From Pseudogymnoascus verrucosus (lineage: Eukaryota): a stretch of 20,000 nt of DNA. Below, piece after piece: positions 12,001-20,000 of this stretch. The notes below the pieces were generated by a model. It worked only from the letters and a program-made list of their open reading frames with translations, was not told the origin of the DNA and did no database searches. The number at the start of each line of letters is the position of its first letter. The stretch's first letter is position 1. The position numbers and the translations under genes were made by a program. The DNA lies in the NCBI GenBank assembly GCA_001662655.1, contig KV460210.1. One strand, given 5' to 3'.

Positions 12001-15000
12001 TAGCTGTGCCGCATCAGGTTGTTCTGTATAAAGTTTTTGACAATGTCGTGAACACAGTCAAAGCAATCGAACAACTTCATCACCGCTTCAAAACTGGAAC
12101 AAATGAGTATATCTTGAAGAAGGGTCCAGAAGGGCCCAAGCATGTGCCAAAGATTTCCGTTCGTAGCAAGGCACTCCTCTTTGAAATCGAAGATGGTGCA
12201 TTTGAATGGAAGCTGGGCAATATTTACAGATCTGGGCTGGTCGAACAACAGCAACGCCTTGCCCGCGAGGAAGCATTCAGAGTCAAAGTTAAGAAGGTCG
12301 AAGAACAAGAACAGAGAAAGGACACGTCAAGAATTCGTACTCGATCAGCTCGCCCATTTGGCCGAAGTAATCAACAGGGTGCTTCCCACATGAGGAGCAA
12401 AAGCGAGGAGTATTCACAAAAACCTGACCGCTCACGGTCAACCACGCGTCATTACCGTATGCGATACGACCCCGAGGGCTTGTGTGGTATAAGTGCCTCT
12501 ACAAAGGTCCCAATCCAAGAGGCTATGGAGAAATTACAACATTATAATGCGCAAAGTTGGAAGAGACGCATCGATCAATCGTACAGGACACAGATGGACG
12601 ACATGAAGAAATTGCGTGGCGGGTTCTGGGGCCCTGATGAGTTACCCGATGACATGGAAGATATCGAGAACATTGTGGAGATACCTCAGCGCCCAGGTCT
12701 TATGAGTACGCTTATCAATGATCTTCACATCACTATTGATAAGCCTACTTTCCCTCTCAGCCAACTCCCAGAATTTCTTCACCGAATTGGGAAGGGTATG
12801 CCTCACGACATGAAGTACTCTTTACTCATCCCCATGCACGTCCAGATCGACATGGGAGAAGCACGCATGTCGCTCAGGGACTACCCTCTCCCTCTCCTAC
12901 ACGTACCAGCCATGAAGCCAGGCCAGTCCCTACGGTTGCCAAGTTGGTCTTTAAAGACAAACTTTGTCATTGCGGAAGAGTTCTGCGGACCGCAATCTGT
13001 CCGCCATGTCAAAGTTGATATCGTTCCTGCCAAGGTCGGGGACCATATACAACCAAACTCAGGGTGTTTTGCTATCGATGTTCGACGTACCGTGTCTCCA
13101 GTGAAGTCATATTCAGATCTCAATATTGACATCAATACCATATTCCCGACAAGAATTACATGGGGCGCATCATACCAACCTGCAATCCAAGATATGATGA
13201 TGGTGATTGAAAATTTTACAAAGCCTCAAATCGACCCTTCGGACCGTACAGGTTTCTGGGACAAAATTCGCCTGGGCTTCCACTCACGCTTGCTCGTGTC
13301 ATGGAAAGGCGATGGAGACGTTCATCTATTACTGAAAGGAACCCGCGACCCTTACGCAGTTACCGGAAACGGGGCCGGTTTTTTGATGTGCTGGCGGAAC
13401 GATGTTCGGTGGAGCGTTTGGCGTGAGAATGACCCGAAAAAGTTCATGACCGTCGAGAGTGGTGATTACATACTGGCCATCCCTGATTACAGTCACCAAG
13501 CCCTTCAGACAATTTCTTCGGGCCGTGACAGCGACAGCGTGGCAAGCAGTGATAGCTACAGGAAAGGGGCAATTTTCAAGAAGGTGATCATGAAACTCTC
13601 TGGAAATGTTCAATGGTTAGCAGGCATTGTCTTCGAAAGAAATATCGTGGGCGGAGAAAGGACTTTTGACTTTATACCGCACTATGACGTTATTTTAAAG
13701 GAGCCTGCTTTTGCAAAAGCACCGCCAGGCGATGTATATGACGCTTTCAGAGGATTTCGGAGTAACTATATACACTTGTCGATCGCTGTGACAGCCCCAA
13801 TGAATCGAAGTTGGTCTGTAACAAACACGACGCCATCAACAAGCTACAACAGCGTCCACTTAACCCCACGGTTCTTCACCCATTTTTTTGCATGGTGGTC
13901 CATGTTTGGAGGCACGATGTCTCTTCCAATTCGACAAGGCCGATTATGGCCTGGACTTGAGAAGTCGAGCAAAAAGTTTGGTAGGCATTTGGCGACCATA
14001 AAATACAGCATCTTGCTCGCCCCGCTTTTTCTCAGCCATGTATACAAACACAAAGAAGCTGAGGATTATACGGAGGATGTCGTCTCGGTCACCGGACTCA
14101 AGATAAAACTGGACAGTTTCATGCTTGATATACACCAAAGAAGGGAGTGGTTTAACACTCAGGACAAAGGCAGGAAAACTCAGAGCAAAACCACGGGCAT
14201 GAAAATCCATAAGGCTCAACTGGACTTGGTATCAGCCGACATCCGCGCTATGTCTGCAACAATTGCAGGTACAACGCCAGAATCCCTCAAGAAAGCGTCT
14301 GTTCCACCGCCCATTACTCAACAAGACAGAGGTGCAACTGACCTTTCCAAATTTGTTATCCCAGATAATGATTTCAGTTGGATAGATATGGATGATTTTG
14401 TGGAACTGGATTGGATTTTGCCAGCCGAGGCGAATCCACACACAAAAATTATGCCACTTGCTTATGCACCCAGGCTTTCTTATTTCCGTCAAACAGACCA
14501 TGGGAACACCATAGCAGGTGACCCAGATCGTACAAGCCCCTTTGGAAACGAGCCCACCCATGTCTGCATCATGTCAAAAGACGACGATCCGCGAAAAGTC
14601 CAATGTCAGCTCATTCAAAACCGACTAGATCAACTCGAGGAACAGGTACTTGACCATAAACGAGCGATGGGAGAAATCGAGCTTCGCCAGCTACAGGCTA
14701 CAAGTGCTGATGACGACACGGCGATCAAAGCTGAACTTGATCAGATGAAAAGTTATGATGCAGTACTACGAGAGAAGCGATCGTTCCTGGAAGCTATGCT
14801 GCATCTCATGGAAGCTAGAATTAGGGCAGATATCCGGAATGCAACGCCTAGTCTAGACTTAGATCCAGGAACCGACAACCGTACCTTCCCAGACGAAGGA
14901 ACCCAGTCTAACAATACCCGTGGGGAGAATGCTGCTGCCCCTGATTTCGTTAGTGATTTCAATAATCGCTTTGTCATTCATAATATTCAACTAAAGTGGA

Positions 15001-17930
15001 ACAACTCTTTACGCAACACCATTCTCCGATATATTCACCAGGTCAGCCAAAGGCGTGGGTTCATATATTACCTATCAAGAAGGGCGGTGAAGTTTATTCT
15101 AGACATTGTCGAAGAGCAAAACAAAGCAAAGGCCCCCAAGTCTAAGTCTTCAACACCGCCGAGTCCTCAACCGCCATCTGCCTCTCCTTCAAGCGGGACA
15201 GAGGAGCAAAACGCTGACTTCGATATTCAACAACGAATCCAAGGATTACTCGCTGATTCCAAAAAGTTTGTCGATGCGAACGATCCCGGAAACTATGAGA
15301 GCGGAGGAAGACCCTCAGCAGAGCATCTTACCTCAAACATTGGTAAAGATTTTACACCTCAGAACACATACCATGTTCGCCTTATCGCCCCTCAAATACA
15401 GCTTCAGAGCGAGAAAAACCCAAAGTCTGTTGCTCTGGTTACCGCGAAAGGCATGGAGCTTAAACTTGTTGAAATCATGGATAAAGATCGCATTTTTGAT
15501 GAAATTAGCGGACTGGTCCAGCGTCGATTCTCTGTGGAAATGGATGGTACCCAGTTTTTTGTTACCCACCAGAGGCTTTTTAAATCTCCTCTTCTCTCCT
15601 TATACTCCGGAAGTCAATACGGGACGCCTTCGGGATCGGCCTGGCCGCCTTGGGTTCCGATGGAAGTCATGTTCGACTTTGAAGTTGACCCATTTGGATT
15701 CAAGCGTGTTGTGCAAAAGACTTCGGCAAGCCTAAGATACGACAAATACAATACCTTACGCCTAAAGTACAATGATGAGGTTGACAGGACAGACAAGGTC
15801 GCTGCTGATAGCCTTGACAGTCGAATGGATCACCTTTGGGTTCAGTTTCCTCACATAAGAGCAATTTGCGACTCATCTCAGTACTACGCCATGTATATCA
15901 TAGTGCTAGACCTATTACTATACAACGAGCCTCTCGAAAAGACTCGCAGTGAGAAGTTAGAGAAGATCATGCTTGCATCTGACTTTAGCGACCTTCGTGG
16001 TGCCCCTGAGATGGTCATTCGGCTACAGGAACGTATTCGCCAACTTGAAGAAATCAAGACTCAATTCCAAATACATTCGAATTACCTAGACAAAAAAGGC
16101 TGGGAAGGCCGAATCCTTTTAGACCGCGACCTAACAAGCTGTGAGGACGAACTCTTCTTCATGATGAAGGCGATCACGACGTCGCAGCGCAAATATGACG
16201 GCTCTCAAAATAATGGTCTCCTCAGGTGGAACATAGCATCCGAACAGATCGTATGGCATCTGATGCGCGATGGGGATCGGCCGCTCATGGAATTCCAGTT
16301 ACAGAAGGCGGAATACGATCGAACTGATAATGCAGATGGTTCACATGTGAACCTTGTACAGATTGGTAAGATTGTGGGACTTAATCTTCTTCCAGATGCT
16401 ATATATCCCGAAATGATTGCTCCATATTTCGATCCTGAACGCAAAGAATCTGAAAGCACCAATAGGCAAATGCTGAGGGTTTATTGGTATATGCTCGAAG
16501 CAATTGCTGGGATTCCAGTCATGGATCATTTCGAGGTTAATCTGTTTCCAATGAAGATGCAACTGGAACGAGAAGTTGGTGTGAAGCTCTTTGAGTATAT
16601 ATTCCCAGGCTCTGGGGAAACCCTTTCTGGCAACATTAAGGGGTCCGCAGCACGAATGAAACACATGGCACCGCCTCAGGACGAAGATGACGAGGAAGAC
16701 AATTCAACAACGCATACCACTCAATTCGTACTCAATCCGGATGCCGATAGGTCGGACGCGAATACTGGGTCTGGGGCTGATTCGCTAGAATTAAGATTGA
16801 GGCCAACTTTGAATTCCGAGAGTCGCTCGAAAACTGGCTTGTCACGAAAGAAGGCGAGGATGGTAACTTTACATCATACTCAAGGTAGTGAGGGCGCATC
16901 TTTCCGTCTATTCCAGTCAAACAAGGCGCATGCTTCGGATCAGCAATCAACGAAGAGTATTCGCAAAAAACCTTCTGTTGATAGCTTGGGTTCAAGCAAT
17001 GCCACTCGACCAACGATCTCCCGATCCATGACAACTTTTTCGGCATTCGAAGGTAGTGTAACAAGTGAGAAACGAAACAAACTCTTCGCCATCAATCGCA
17101 GTGGCAGACAAGATGACGTGAAGCCTTCCGATGATCTGACGAAGATGTTAAACCGAGCATCCAACTATATGACGCTGGCGTATGTCAAGATTCCCAGTGT
17201 AGTCATTTGCCTCAGTTACAAGGGCAAGGACCAACGCAATATTGAAGACTTGCACGATTTCGTTTTTCGCCTACCTATGCTCGAATATCGGAACAAGACC
17301 TGGTCAAATCTTGATCTCGCGCTTGCTCTGAAGAAGGATGTCATCAGAGCACTCATCTCTCATACAGGTGCAATTATCGGGAATAAATTTACCAAATCTC
17401 GACCAACTATGGCACAGCAGCATAGACTGAGGGAGCTTGCAACGAGCAATGTCCTTTTAGTGCCATCACGTCAAGATTCGCCTCATGATTTTACCGACAC
17501 AGGTAGCACCTTGGCGAGCAGCCCTACGGGTGCCAGGGACCGATCTAAGAGCCCGCGTCGGTCATTTGCTTCAAACAGTAGCAGCCTACGTCCTGTGAGC
17601 GCGGGTAGTAGTGGCGCCGCTTCGTTTCAGTCACGCAGTCGAGGAGGTTCAAGCATCCCTCAATCACTAACTATGACAAAATCCCATCCTTCAAGTGGCG
17701 AAGGCGGTAGTCAGACACGATATTCAGGAGACTCTTATTCTTTCCAAGGTTCTGGGAACAGTGACAAGCATAAAGGCGGGTTTTTGAAGGGCGCTATTGG
17801 TCGCAGGCTGCAGGCTATTGGCGGCAGGAGGAGGAGGGATCGACCCAACGATGCACCATCTGGTTCCTCTGGACTAGAACAAGACGAGGGGTATTCTGAT
17901 TCGGAAAGCCTCAAACACAACCAAGAATAA
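9087..17930 (+). CDS. FMP27: Fmp27/Hobbit (BLTP2/KIAA0100/SABRE family) bridge-like lipid transfer protein, 2947 aa, apparently intronless
   Basis: One uninterrupted ORF with start context ACAAA-ATG-G. It has an N-terminal hydrophobic anchor (FVFGIVVLLYLSSFILFAVL) followed by RIATGISIQR. Family motifs are present: QSWKRRI (Fmp27_SW), RTGFWDKIRL (Fmp27_GFWDK) and SAWPPWVP (Fmp27_WPPW). The Apt1-type C-terminus (RASNYMTLAYVKIPSVVICLSYKG...LEYRNKTWSNLDL) is followed by an S/R/G-rich tail. Confidence 0.93.
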   Translation: MAILSPSFVFGIVVLLYLSSFILFAVLRIATGISIQRIGYLSLRRLAYTPRDGIRVEIRGLGINLHRPTFAQPTWLSIVVTELAVTVDIEALETQNKQKLKNIIELGQDAAENSDHTPEPQAAKGWSKYHGKGASESQRKSWDELKKLKERVKRLHRSIGWLRMVDIVATNSSITILEVGTIQIGSYTVAVDTRRKMVDQGHIFSRKKQQEKHQRPAEWTVTMRSVLLTAEGNESLEVLDHAALNINGLLYKEVDGLHEASIELKLGRLHIPVDDIETCLSSYRNRSKLFSRNRSETDSASDALVADFKVDASAECDTNVENTSDFNEFLSSILRGIKEIQFAVTHIGLAKKIRNVQPGNGPLFFNASMKEVGIDVHRLDPKSPDHRMYFSSQTVAHQALLAALSVSIGVDDGHGKSDRLVYIPMTTTTIRTTLPSKIVGFKGVQSADERNANILFANIVITSPSVDLDPKHLPLLMAIMQPRPKSTSRSGQGSRELISKFLPKANVKFSMHEPVFRIALPPVEKDADEDDFDLIISSISSVSLDLESSHSAEGDIHYALASTFRVQSHDLYYQTASAARYDLLQTESMEIKVQVNASPEVNVIASGSLQTFSVRMIRPELSEGIREIVHQLRTNVEPDKKANPKTSKDPNFIRALPPWLLHFQFHASNFSAEVAGVDGDISNDIRGVALQLESWTAEYRAHKGKIADRNPPRRRASSRSLTPDTDHHRSDSQTIEHSQDPTDGRCLTISVCGLEGFVVESAEKWEFESFLAMPQCNVTASTSTDTQGPLFHVNSHVRTLLIQYSLYRHYAIGVAATVFRKAFVRTKTNVDIIRPSLEGTRDINGLDYLSPMQFPPNINKRNLPEHKLRLNELVTIDAKFGLIQVKANMPADPPMMLQVYGVETGRRRYSPPFLNCKLARLYVEAPKMKRVWARLASIKTGKVNLRQMRQQLASGSSVEDNVIEVSTEAIRLAVPHQVVLYKVFDNVVNTVKAIEQLHHRFKTGTNEYILKKGPEGPKHVPKISVRSKALLFEIEDGAFEWKLGNIYRSGLVEQQQRLAREEAFRVKVKKVEEQEQRKDTSRIRTRSARPFGRSNQQGASHMRSKSEEYSQKPDRSRSTTRHYRMRYDPEGLCGISASTKVPIQEAMEKLQHYNAQSWKRRIDQSYRTQMDDMKKLRGGFWGPDELPDDMEDIENIVEIPQRPGLMSTLINDLHITIDKPTFPLSQLPEFLHRIGKGMPHDMKYSLLIPMHVQIDMGEARMSLRDYPLPLLHVPAMKPGQSLRLPSWSLKTNFVIAEEFCGPQSVRHVKVDIVPAKVGDHIQPNSGCFAIDVRRTVSPVKSYSDLNIDINTIFPTRITWGASYQPAIQDMMMVIENFTKPQIDPSDRTGFWDKIRLGFHSRLLVSWKGDGDVHLLLKGTRDPYAVTGNGAGFLMCWRNDVRWSVWRENDPKKFMTVESGDYILAIPDYSHQALQTISSGRDSDSVASSDSYRKGAIFKKVIMKLSGNVQWLAGIVFERNIVGGERTFDFIPHYDVILKEPAFAKAPPGDVYDAFRGFRSNYIHLSIAVTAPMNRSWSVTNTTPSTSYNSVHLTPRFFTHFFAWWSMFGGTMSLPIRQGRLWPGLEKSSKKFGRHLATIKYSILLAPLFLSHVYKHKEAEDYTEDVVSVTGLKIKLDSFMLDIHQRREWFNTQDKGRKTQSKTTGMKIHKAQLDLVSADIRAMSATIAGTTPESLKKASVPPPITQQDRGATDLSKFVIPDNDFSWIDMDDFVELDWILPAEANPHTKIMPLAYAPRLSYFRQTDHGNTIAGDPDRTSPFGNEPTHVCIMSKDDDPRKVQCQLIQNRLDQLEEQVLDHKRAMGEIELRQLQATSADDDTAIKAELDQMKSYDAVLREKRSFLEAMLHLMEARIRADIRNATPSLDLDPGTDNRTFPDEGTQSNNTRGENAAAPDFVSDFNNRFVIHNIQLKWNNSLRNTILRYIHQVSQRRGFIYYLSRRAVKFILDIVEEQNKAKAPKSKSSTPPSPQPPSASPSSGTEEQNADFDIQQRIQGLLADSKKFVDANDPGNYESGGRPSAEHLTSNIGKDFTPQNTYHVRLIAPQIQLQSEKNPKSVALVTAKGMELKLVEIMDKDRIFDEISGLVQRRFSVEMDGTQFFVTHQRLFKSPLLSLYSGSQYGTPSGSAWPPWVPMEVMFDFEVDPFGFKRVVQKTSASLRYDKYNTLRLKYNDEVDRTDKVAADSLDSRMDHLWVQFPHIRAICDSSQYYAMYIIVLDLLLYNEPLEKTRSEKLEKIMLASDFSDLRGAPEMVIRLQERIRQLEEIKTQFQIHSNYLDKKGWEGRILLDRDLTSCEDELFFMMKAITTSQRKYDGSQNNGLLRWNIASEQIVWHLMRDGDRPLMEFQLQKAEYDRTDNADGSHVNLVQIGKIVGLNLLPDAIYPEMIAPYFDPERKESESTNRQMLRVYWYMLEAIAGIPVMDHFEVNLFPMKMQLEREVGVKLFEYIFPGSGETLSGNIKGSAARMKHMAPPQDEDDEEDNSTTHTTQFVLNPDADRSDANTGSGADSLELRLRPTLNSESRSKTGLSRKKARMVTLHHTQGSEGASFRLFQSNKAHASDQQSTKSIRKKPSVDSLGSSNATRPTISRSMTTFSAFEGSVTSEKRNKLFAINRSGRQDDVKPSDDLTKMLNRASNYMTLAYVKIPSVVICLSYKGKDQRNIEDLHDFVFRLPMLEYRNKTWSNLDLALALKKDVIRALISHTGAIIGNKFTKSRPTMAQQHRLRELATSNVLLVPSRQDSPHDFTDTGSTLASSPTGARDRSKSPRRSFASNSSSLRPVSAGSSGAASFQSRSRGGSSIPQSLTMTKSHPSSGEGGSQTRYSGDSYSFQGSGNSDKHKGGFLKGAIGRRLQAIGGRRRRDRPNDAPSGSSGLEQDEGYSDSESLKHNQE

Positions 17931-18248
17931 GGGACGTCGTCACGTTGCTTGAAAATCACTTAGTTATCGAAACATGCTTGTCAATAATTAGCATGATCAG
18001 TTCGCTCCCTTGGAAATTTCCTTGTTTGTCGTGGGGAGGGATGCTCAATATAGAGGGAAATAATTAATCAACAGGAGTTAACATTTTAATGGGTGATAAA
18101 AGGCGAAACAACGTTGGACTATTGGTAGTTGGCATTACTATCGCACATACAAAGTTAAATATATAATAAGACAATAACTTAAAACGCTTAATAGTAACTA
18201 CTATCTATCCTATCGATCTACATATTTAAGAAAGTTAGAATCACCACA

Positions 18249-18545
18249 TGTCAAACTATTAAACTATACAAATGATAGAACGCCTATTTTTGTAGTAGTT
18301 CTTAGGTCCGTTTACAGACGTTTTATATAACTCTGGCGCTATCTAAATTATTCTTAAAAGTTTATAATTACTATCTAACCATCTATTCTATTAGCATATA
18401 TATAAACGAGGCTTATAATTAGAAAATAATGTGCATAATCCTAGTTATTATTTCAACTAATGTGTTAAAACCATTGAACTATGCAAAAGTGGAACGTCCA
18501 CTCTTGCAGTAGTCTTAGATCGGTTTATAAACTCCAACATAATGT
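18249..18545 (+). repeat. Degenerate ~80-bp direct repeat, two copies (about 18249-18330 and 18463-18542, offset 213-215 bp)
   Basis: Copy A: tgtcaaactattaaactatacaaatgatagaacgcctatttttgtagtagttcttaggtccgtttacagac. Copy B: tgttaaaaccattgaactatgcaaaagtggaacgtccactcttgcagtagtcttagatcggtttataaac. Most mismatches are C/T or A/G transitions. Confidence 0.75.
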
Positions 18546-18761
18546 TAGTTAAAGTTGCCATCTATTGCTATATACACTTTAGAATGTTAGGATTGTTACC
18601 TACTATTAATTTTGCCATTCTCGACTTTTAGCAACATTTTAGAGTAGTGATAGCTTTATAGGGGCTTAAGTCTTAGAAGGAAAAACCTTGTCTATTTCTA
18701 AAAGTCTAATTCTATGTTTATACGAAGGATTTTCCTTTTGTACGAACCTACTAGCGTACTA

Positions 18762-18828
18762 TTCTATACATGCTATAGGTTATCACGTGAGCTGTGCCTT
18801 CTACACCTGTGCTCTAGGTTATCACGTG
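18762..18828 (+). repeat. Imperfect ~28-30 bp direct repeat, each copy ending in TAGGTTATCACGTG
   Basis: ttctatacatgctataggttatcacgtg (18762-18789) and ttctacacctgtgctctaggttatcacgtg (18799-18828). Confidence 0.8.
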
Positions 18829-18849
18829 GTGTTGTTGTTTGTTTGTATA

Positions 18850-18893
18850 ACGTAGGTCATGGCGTAAAGGGCTACATGGCCTAAAGGGCTATT
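18850..18893 (+). repeat. Putative left terminal inverted repeat with two internal 17-bp direct repeats
   Basis: ACGTAGGT, then CATGGCGTAAAGGGCTA (18858-18874), then CATGGCCTAAAGGGCTA (18875-18891). An ACGT start after TA and paired internal repeats are typical of fungal Fot1/pogo TIRs. The partner TIR is not in the window, so the exact length is inferred. Confidence 0.78.
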
Positions 18894-18968
18894 TTACCGA
18901 CCCCACCAAAATCTAGGACTACTACTGCCCTACTAAAAATCGACTACTACTACTACTACTACACTATA

Positions 18969-20000
18969 ATGGTGAAAAAAAAGAGTATAAAGGCTCAAGA
19001 AATTGATTTACGACTTTCTGAAGCTGTTCTAGGCGTTAGGACAAAAAAATTTAAGTCTGCAAATGCTGCAGCTATTGCCTTAGGCCTAAGGCCAGACTCT
19101 GTCCGTAAGCGCCTATGCGGTAGGATCACTCGTATTGAAGCGCGTCAAAAGCAACAACTCCTATCAAAAAATCAAGAAAAGACACTTTTAAAGTGGATTA
19201 AAGAGCTTACTATAAGCGGCTACGCTCCTAGCCATCGGATATTACGTGAGGTTGCAGATGAAGTCCGGTCAAATAAGTGTCGCGTTTTTCAGCCTCAACA
19301 ACTACAACTACAACAACAACCTCAAACTCAACAACAACAACCTCAAATACCTAACTTACCTCTTAGGCAAGAGTGGGTGCCACGATTCATTCAAAGGCAT
19401 CCTAACTTACGTGTTAAGTTAGGACGTAGAGTTGAGGCACAGAGGATGAATGGGGTTACAAAGCAGGTGTTGAAGGGGTGGTTTGACGCGTATAAGAGCC
19501 TTATAACAGAGCAAAAAATCGAAAACTACAACACCTATAATATGGATGAAACTGGATTTTCAATTGGAACTATGCAATCTACACGAATTATAGTCGATTC
19601 TACACTCCGTACGCGTTTTCAAGCTCATCCTGGCCGATAGGAATGGGTGTCTGCTGTTGAATGCATCTGTATGGATGGAACAGCTATTGAACCCCTTATT
19701 ATCTTCAAAGGACAGAATATACTACAAAGCTGGATTCCGAAGGAGGTTATACAAAAATGGCACTTCTCTGCAAATACAAAGGGATGGACAAGCAATCTTC
19801 ATGGATTAGAGTGGCTAAAACGTGTTTTTGAGCCCTCTACAAGAGCAAAAGCAACACAAAATGGACGACTACAGCAATAGCTCCTAATTTGCGATGGCCA
19901 TGATAGCCATATAAGCGGAAGCTTTATATCACACTGCATACAGAATCGAATATCACTCCTTATTCTACCTCCTCATACATCTTATGTTCTACAACAACTT
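18969..20000 (+). pseudogene. Fot1/pogo DDE transposase pseudogene (N-terminal HTH/CENP-B-like region, DDE_1 domain); in-frame TAG stops at 19638-19640 and 19878-19880; 3'-partial
   Basis: One frame runs throughout: MVKKK...SANAAAIALGLRPDSVRKRL...LSKNQEKTLLKWI...EWVPRFIQRHP...YNMDETGF (catalytic D at 19545)...HPGR*EWVSAVECI...PLIIFKG...KGWTSNLHGLEWL...QQ*LLICDGHDSH (D at 19893)...LPPHTSYVLQQL. The third catalytic D is expected just past base 20000. Confidence 0.92.

Larger units (their letters stand above)
18850..20000 (+). mobile_element. pogo/Fot1-family (Tc1/mariner superfamily) DNA transposon, left part; right end is outside the window
   Basis: A TA dinucleotide at 18848-18849 is followed by an ACGT-starting terminus with two tandem 17-bp repeats. 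A Fot1-type transposase frame starts 119 bp after the terminus begins. Confidence 0.9.

Noticed and set aside
18461..18631. Stop-free plus-strand stretch of about 56 codons in the AT-rich region
   Set aside because: It has no start codon at its beginning and no recognisable motif, and the frame is not preserved in the other repeat copy.
18721..18754. Helitron-like 3' end (hairpin AAGGA-TTT-TCCTT at 18725-18737, then CTAG at 18751-18754)
   Set aside because: The stem is short and AT-rich, CTAG is followed by C rather than the expected T, and no matching 5' end or Rep/helicase remnant is visible.
18200..18891. CRISPR-like or other prokaryotic repeat-spacer array
   Set aside because: The context is eukaryotic, repeats occur only in pairs with irregular spacing, and no cas-like genes are present.
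19638..19880. Programmed TAG readthrough or an alternative genetic code in the transposase
   Set aside because: Both stops are explained by single transitions typical of RIP. Other conserved residues are also damaged (H>Y and P>Q in LPPHTSHxLQPL), and the host genes need no recoding.

Overview
Eukaryotic (filamentous ascomycete-like) genomic DNA with short spliceosomal introns (GT..CTRAY..YAG). It holds three housekeeping genes and the edge of a repeat region. (1) A 5'-truncated RRP5 ribosome-biogenesis gene (+, <1..5315, two introns). (2) A convergent eIF4B/TIF3 gene (-, 8049..5906) that I reconstruct as 7 coding exons. One exon is a candidate 3-nt microexon, and all six introns are phase 1. 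(3) A divergently transcribed, intronless 2947-aa FMP27/Hobbit (BLTP2-type) lipid-transfer gene (+, 9087..17930). After about 18150 the sequence turns AT- and TpA-rich and contains degenerate direct repeats. A pogo/Fot1-family DNA transposon starts at 18850 (TA site, then a TIR with two 17-bp internal repeats). Its DDE transposase is broken by two in-frame TAG stops consistent with RIP, and it runs off the window. I see no convincing new multi-gene system. The most unusual signals are the microexon and all-phase-1 architecture of eIF4B and the unexplained degenerate repeats upstream of the transposon.
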